The notes under the pieces were generated by a model. The model did not search any database. It had not been told where the DNA came from and saw only the letters and a program-made list of their open reading frames with translations. From assembly GCA_001817765.1 (NCBI GenBank), contig MHIZ01000037.1:3952-33440 (forward strand): a DNA stretch of 29,489 nt, in the 5' to 3' direction. How positions within the stretch are numbered: position 1 is the first letter of the stretch; every line of letters starts with the position of its first letter. The translations under genes and the position numbers were made by a program. The stretch comes from Candidatus Colwellbacteria bacterium RIFCSPLOWO2_02_FULL_44_20b (GTDB taxonomy: Bacteria > Patescibacteriota > Minisyncoccia > UBA6257 > Colwellbacteraceae). Of the stretch, positions 25,825 to 29,489 are shown in pieces.

Positions 25825-26340
25825 TTAACCTTCTCGAAGCCACTGTTCCAACTTTTCTAGTTCTGTTTCAGAGAAGTCGCCGAGGTTTTTTCCTCCCCAT
25901 GCGTTTTCTATTCTAAACTTTTCAATAGCGTTTTTGCTTAAAAAGACCTCGACGTTGCCACTATTGTATATGTGCATTACGCTTCCCTTCTTTTCAATCT
26001 TCTCGATGCCCTCCCCTCTAGCTTTTTGGAGGATTTTACCGAGCAGAGATCCTTTCTCGATGATTTCTCTAATCCGCTTTTCACGAAGATTCTCTTTTTC
26101 TTTTGCTTCTTCTTCTCTCAGCTTTTCTTTTCGGAGAATACCATCAATGATCTCGTCTTCCGCGGGTCCCTCTTTTGTTTCTTTTCCATCATCTTTCTCT
26201 GATTTGTCTATTACTCTTTCTATCTTTTCGGCGACCCGGCGGATTACTTCCACACTCTCACTAATTTGAATCAGGCCTACGATTACTATCATTACCAGGA
26301 TAAGGAATGCGACGAATGCTATGACCAGGATTAATTCCAT
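25825..26340 (-). CDS. Single-TM protein with charged coiled-coil region
   Basis: 171 aa, hydrophobic N-terminus, E/K-rich helix. Confidence 0.75.
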   Translation of the reverse strand: MELILVIAFVAFLILVMIVIVGLIQISESVEVIRRVAEKIERVIDKSEKDDGKETKEGPAEDEIIDGILRKEKLREEEAKEKENLREKRIREIIEKGSLLGKILQKARGEGIEKIEKKGSVMHIYNSGNVEVFLSKNAIEKFRIENAWGGKNLGDFSETELEKLEQWLREG

Positions 26341-26413
26341 ATGTGAAAGGTTATTTAATTATTGTTAAGGATCCATTCGACCTTTGATTTTATAGATACA
26401 TCAAAGCGGTTTT

Positions 26414-26442
26414 TTTATAACACTTTGGTAGAAGTACGTCAA
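26414..26442 (-). promoter_or_regulatory. Promoter TTGACG-N14-TGt-TATAAA
   Basis: -35 at 26437-26442, -10 at 26414-26419. Confidence 0.6.
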
Positions 26443-26476
26443 CTTATTCTTTATTCTTTTTGGAAGATACTCTACA

Positions 26477-26525
26477 ATGGCTTTCATACCCCCTAGAGAG
26501 CCGCGGATGGGGGCGTTTCGGCTAT
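26477..26525. mobile_element. Possible IS200/IS605-end-like hairpin remnant
   Basis: ATGGCT-TTCATA-CCCCC-N15-GGGGG-CGTTTC-GGCTAT; resemblance recalled from such ends, no transposase nearby. Confidence 0.25.
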
Positions 26526-26567
26526 TTTCCTGTTTTGTTTGAGTAAAGCGAAATTACAAAATAGAGA

Positions 26568-26602
26568 ATCCCGAACGCCGAGTTTACTCGGCGCTGAGGG
26601 AT
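26568..26602. repeat. Palindromic REP-like element (elongated variant) just upstream of uvrB
   Basis: ATCCC-GAA-CGCCGAG-TTTA-CTCGGCG-CTGA-GGGAT; same GAA bulge and TTTA loop as the reverse complement of the 10054/28682 element. Confidence 0.5.
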
Positions 26603-26612
26603 AACTAAGGAT

Positions 26613-28646
26613 ATGTTTAAATTAGAATCGAAGTTTCAACCGGCGGGAGATCAGCCTCAGGCGATTGCATCGCTTATTTCTGGTTTAGAGAAAGGGTACA
26701 AACACCAGACGCTTTTAGGAGTTACTGGATCAGGAAAGACTTTTACAATCGCGAATGTTATTGCCGAGGTTCAGAAGCCGACTTTAGTTATCGCGCACAA
26801 CAAAACTTTAGCGGCGCAGTTGTGTAATGAATTCCGAGAATTGTTTCCAAATAATGCCGTTCATTATTTTGTTTCGTACTACGACTATTATCAGCCAGAG
26901 GCGTATATTCCTTCTTCGGATACCTATATAGGAAAGGAAGCGATGATTAATGATGAGATTGATAAATTGCGCCACGCGGCGACAACGGCGCTTTTGACGC
27001 GGAAGGATGTAATTATCGTTGCTTCGGTTTCGTGCATTTACGGTTTAGGGGCGCCGGAGGTTTATAAAGAAAATATTTTTCATTTGAAAGTCGGGGATGT
27101 TGTTGATCGGAAGAAGTTTCCGCGAAAGCTTATCGAGCTTCAATTTACTCGAACAACGGCGGATCTGAAACGAGGAACGTTTCGTTTACGCGGAGATAAT
27201 TGGGAAATTATGCCGCCGGATCGAGAGATGATTTATAACCTTGTTCTTAACCCTTCGACAGGCTCAGGGCAAGCTGGTGCGATTTCAGAAATATATGAAA
27301 TAAATCCAGTTGAAGGATTTCGACCGGGAAAAACGCCGAAACTTCAAGAAGTATTTTTCGCGCCGGCAAAACATTTTATTACCGAGGTTGAAGAACGAAA
27401 TCGGGCGATTGAGGATATTCTTATTGAGCTTAAAGAACAACTTGCGCGTTTTGAAAAAGAAGGGAAGCTACTTGAAGCAGAACGGCTCGAGCGGCGGACT
27501 AAAGCGGATATCGCGATGATGCGGGAGATTGGCTATTGCAACGGGATTGAAAACTATTCACGGCACCTTTCGGGACACAACGCTGGTGAGCCGCCGGATA
27601 CGCTCCTGAATTATTTCCCTGATGATTTTCTTTTGGTGATTGATGAATCGCATGTTACGGTTTCGCAGATCGGCGGGATGTATGAGGGCGACGCATCGCG
27701 CAAACGGACGCTCATTGAGTATGGATTCCGATTACCTTCGGCGGCGGACAACCGACCACTTCGTTTTGATGAGTTTAAAAAGCGTATTGGACAGACATTG
27801 TATACGTCGGCAACACCGGGAAAGTACGAACTTGAACACAGCGATTCTTCAACGGGTTCAGGGCAGATTGTCCAACAGATTGTTCGTCCGACAGGACTTG
27901 TTGACCCGGAAATTATCATTCGTCCGGTTCGCGGGCAGATTGATGATTTAATCGAACGCATTAAAGATCGGATTTCGAAAAAAGAACGGGTGCTTGCGAC
28001 AACGCTTACGAAACGGATGGCAGAAGAGCTTAGCGACTATCTTGAGAACTTAAAAATCAAAGTTACGTACCTTCATAGTGACGTTGCTACACTTGATCGA
28101 ATTCGGATTTTGAGTGATTTTCGGCGAGGAAAATTCGATGTCTTGATTGGTGTTAACTTGCTTCGCGAAGGATTGGATTTGCCGGAGGTTTCGCTTGTTG
28201 CTATTCTCGATGCTGACAAAGAAGGATTCTTGCGGAGTGAAACATCACTTATTCAGACGATGGGACGGGCGGCGAGAAACGTGAACGGACAAGTTATTTT
28301 GTACGCGGATCACGAGACGGGTTCGATTAAACGGGCGGTTTCAGAGAGTACGCGGCGACGCAAGATTCAACTTGCATACAATAAGAAATACGGGATTACT
28401 CCAAAAACGATTGAGAAACGTATTCACGATATTATCGCGAGCGAGGAGCAGGAAGCGTACACGCGCGCGAAGAAGATTGAGCGGGTCGAACGAGTTGGGT
28501 ATACTGGGCGGAAATTGACTGACGTGCTTCGCGAAAAAGAAAAAGCAATGAAAGAGGCGGCGGACGAACTTGATTTTGAGCTGGCGGCGATTTTACGGGA
28601 TGAGATTATGGTGCTTAAGAAGCAGGAGAAGACTAAAAGTAAATAA
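26613..28646 (+). CDS. uvrB: Excinuclease ABC subunit B
   Basis: [47 protein letters not shown]-terminal UVR domain. Confidence 0.98.
   Translation: MFKLESKFQPAGDQPQAIASLISGLEKGYKHQTLLGVTGSGKTFTIANVIAEVQKPTLVIAHNKTLAAQLCNEFRELFPNNAVHYFVSYYDYYQPEAYIPSSDTYIGKEAMINDEIDKLRHAATTALLTRKDVIIVASVSCIYGLGAPEVYKENIFHLKVGDVVDRKKFPRKLIELQFTRTTADLKRGTFRLRGDNWEIMPPDREMIYNLVLNPSTGSGQAGAISEIYEINPVEGFRPGKTPKLQEVFFAPAKHFITEVEERNRAIEDILIELKEQLARFEKEGKLLEAERLERRTKADIAMMREIGYCNGIENYSRHLSGHNAGEPPDTLLNYFPDDFLLVIDESHVTVSQIGGMYEGDASRKRTLIEYGFRLPSAADNRPLRFDEFKKRIGQTLYTSATPGKYELEHSDSSTGSGQIVQQIVRPTGLVDPEIIIRPVRGQIDDLIERIKDRISKKERVLATTLTKRMAEELSDYLENLKIKVTYLHSDVATLDRIRILSDFRRGKFDVLIGVNLLREGLDLPEVSLVAILDADKEGFLRSETSLIQTMGRAARNVNGQVILYADHETGSIKRAVSESTRRRKIQLAYNKKYGITPKTIEKRIHDIIASEEQEAYTRAKKIERVERVGYTGRKLTDVLREKEKAMKEAADELDFELAAILRDEIMVLKKQEKTKSK
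27251..27272. repeat. Short palindromic element in frame in uvrB (encodes PSTGSGQ)
   Basis: CCCTTCGACAGGCTCAGGGCAA; degenerate second copy at 27845-27866. Confidence 0.7.
27845..27866. repeat. Degenerate copy of the same element in frame in uvrB (encodes SSTGSGQ)
   Basis: TTCTTCAACGGGTTCAGGGCAG; 16/21 nt identical to copy 1, with four synonymous differences over STGSGQ. Confidence 0.6.
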
Positions 28647-28681
28647 TTGTGAAGAAAACAGTAAATAAAATAAACATGGGG

Positions 28682-28708
28682 TCCACCTATGCTAAAGCTT
28701 CGGCGGAT
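28682..28708. repeat. Intergenic palindromic element between uvrB and uvrA
   Basis: TCCACCTATGCTAAAGCTTCGGCGGAT; core identical to the copy in DUF1761. Confidence 0.7.
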
Positions 28709-28750
28709 GCTCATATTTATAGATAAATTTAAAAGTAAATTTATATAAAT

Positions 28751-29489
28751 ATGGCAAAAGATAAAATAATCATTCGTGGAGCACGCGAGCATAATTTAAA
28801 AAACATTAATTTAGAGATTCCGCGCGATAAGATGGTTGTATTCACGGGGCTTTCCGGTTCGGGTAAATCGAGCTTGGCTTTTGATACGATTTTCGCGGAG
28901 GGACAGCGGCGATATATCGAATCACTCTCAGCGTATGCGCGGCAATTCTTAGGGAAGCTCGATAAGCCGGATGTTGACGATATTCAGGGATTATCGCCTG
29001 CTATTTCAATTGATCAAAAGAGCCATTCGGCGAATCCGCGTTCGACGGTCGCTACGATTACCGAGATTTACGATTACCTTCGGGTACTTTTCGCGCGCGC
29101 GGGAACGCCGCATTGTCCGCAGTGTGGCAAAGAAATTCGCAAGATGACGATTGAAGAGATTGTTGATTCGGTTATTGCCATTTCAGAACAAAACAAAGCT
29201 CAGAAGAATATTGTATTGCTCGCGCCAGTTGTGCGGGGACGAAAAGGAGAATATTACCAGTTGCTTTATGATTTTTTGAATTCCGGTTTTTCTGAGGCAC
29301 GGATTGATGGAAAAATGGTTTCTTTACGGGAACGGATTGAATTGAGTCGTCACAAACAGCATACAATTGAACTTGTTGTGGATCGGATTCCCTCAGGATT
29401 GGATTTTACCGATAAAGATAATCGGTTGCGGCTCTCGGAAGCGGTTGAGTCAGCAGTTAAGTACGGAAATGACGTTGTGACGATTATTA
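28751..29489 (+). CDS. uvrA: Excinuclease ABC subunit A (3' truncated by the window)
   Basis: [19 protein letters not shown]...[36 protein letters not shown]...[11 protein letters not shown]. Confidence 0.97.
   Translation, partial: MAKDKIIIRGAREHNLKNINLEIPRDKMVVFTGLSGSGKSSLAFDTIFAEGQRRYIESLSAYARQFLGKLDKPDVDDIQGLSPAISIDQKSHSANPRSTVATITEIYDYLRVLFARAGTPHCPQCGKEIRKMTIEEIVDSVIAISEQNKAQKNIVLLAPVVRGRKGEYYQLLYDFLNSGFSEARIDGKMVSLRERIELSRHKQHTIELVVDRIPSGLDFTDKDNRLRLSEAVESAVKYGNDVVTII

Noticed and set aside
24600-26442. Integron cassette array or CRISPR array
   Set aside because: No integrase or cas genes, no attC R-box pattern, and no constant-length repeats or spacers; the units have their own promoters and terminators.
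1359-28792. Numerous overlapping or antisense ORFs of 60-220 aa in the track
   Set aside because: Shadows of well-supported genes, with no motifs or expression signals.
1-29489. tRNA, rRNA or known riboswitches
   Set aside because: No cloverleaf, rRNA-like or recognisable riboswitch consensus seen by eye; an Infernal/tRNAscan run would be needed to exclude them.

Overview
Gene-dense bacterial window whose content suggests Patescibacteria/CPR, probably Parcubacteria-like. This is inferred from the GerMN, Gmad2, DUF5652, DUF1761 and NYN families, many single-pass membrane proteins and few Shine-Dalgarno sites; genetic code 11. Nearly all genes are on the + strand. In order: the end of a probable defence locus (HNH nuclease, HEPN-like protein), membrane-anchored proteins, two NYN (LabA/DUF88, PIN-like) RNase genes, a tandem pair of M14 peptidases, a secondary sigma70-like factor, msrB, a HAD hydrolase, a MacAB-like ABC exporter, truB, phhB, mutY, tgt-queA, a YbhB/YbcL protein, a tRNA-binding protein, nfo, a family-4 UDG, uvrB and the start of uvrA. 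A minus-strand island of five self-contained transcription units (23985-26442) lies between udg and uvrB. The strongest candidate for an undescribed system is that each NYN gene is followed by the same convergent cassette: an antisense TTGACT-17bp-TAnnnT promoter, a predicted 57-59 nt hairpin RNA starting AUCACCA with a conserved UUUCGU loop and covarying stem, and a U-tract. This suggests an RNase plus small-RNA module. Other notable points are an active/inactive M14 pair, in-frame palindromic insertions in UvrB and DUF1761, two BER glycosylases lacking Fe-S cysteines, two orphan BECR-like nuclease paralogues, several unannotated microproteins and a recurrent AAAGGTC leader motif. All family calls come from motif recognition by eye; no database searches were run.
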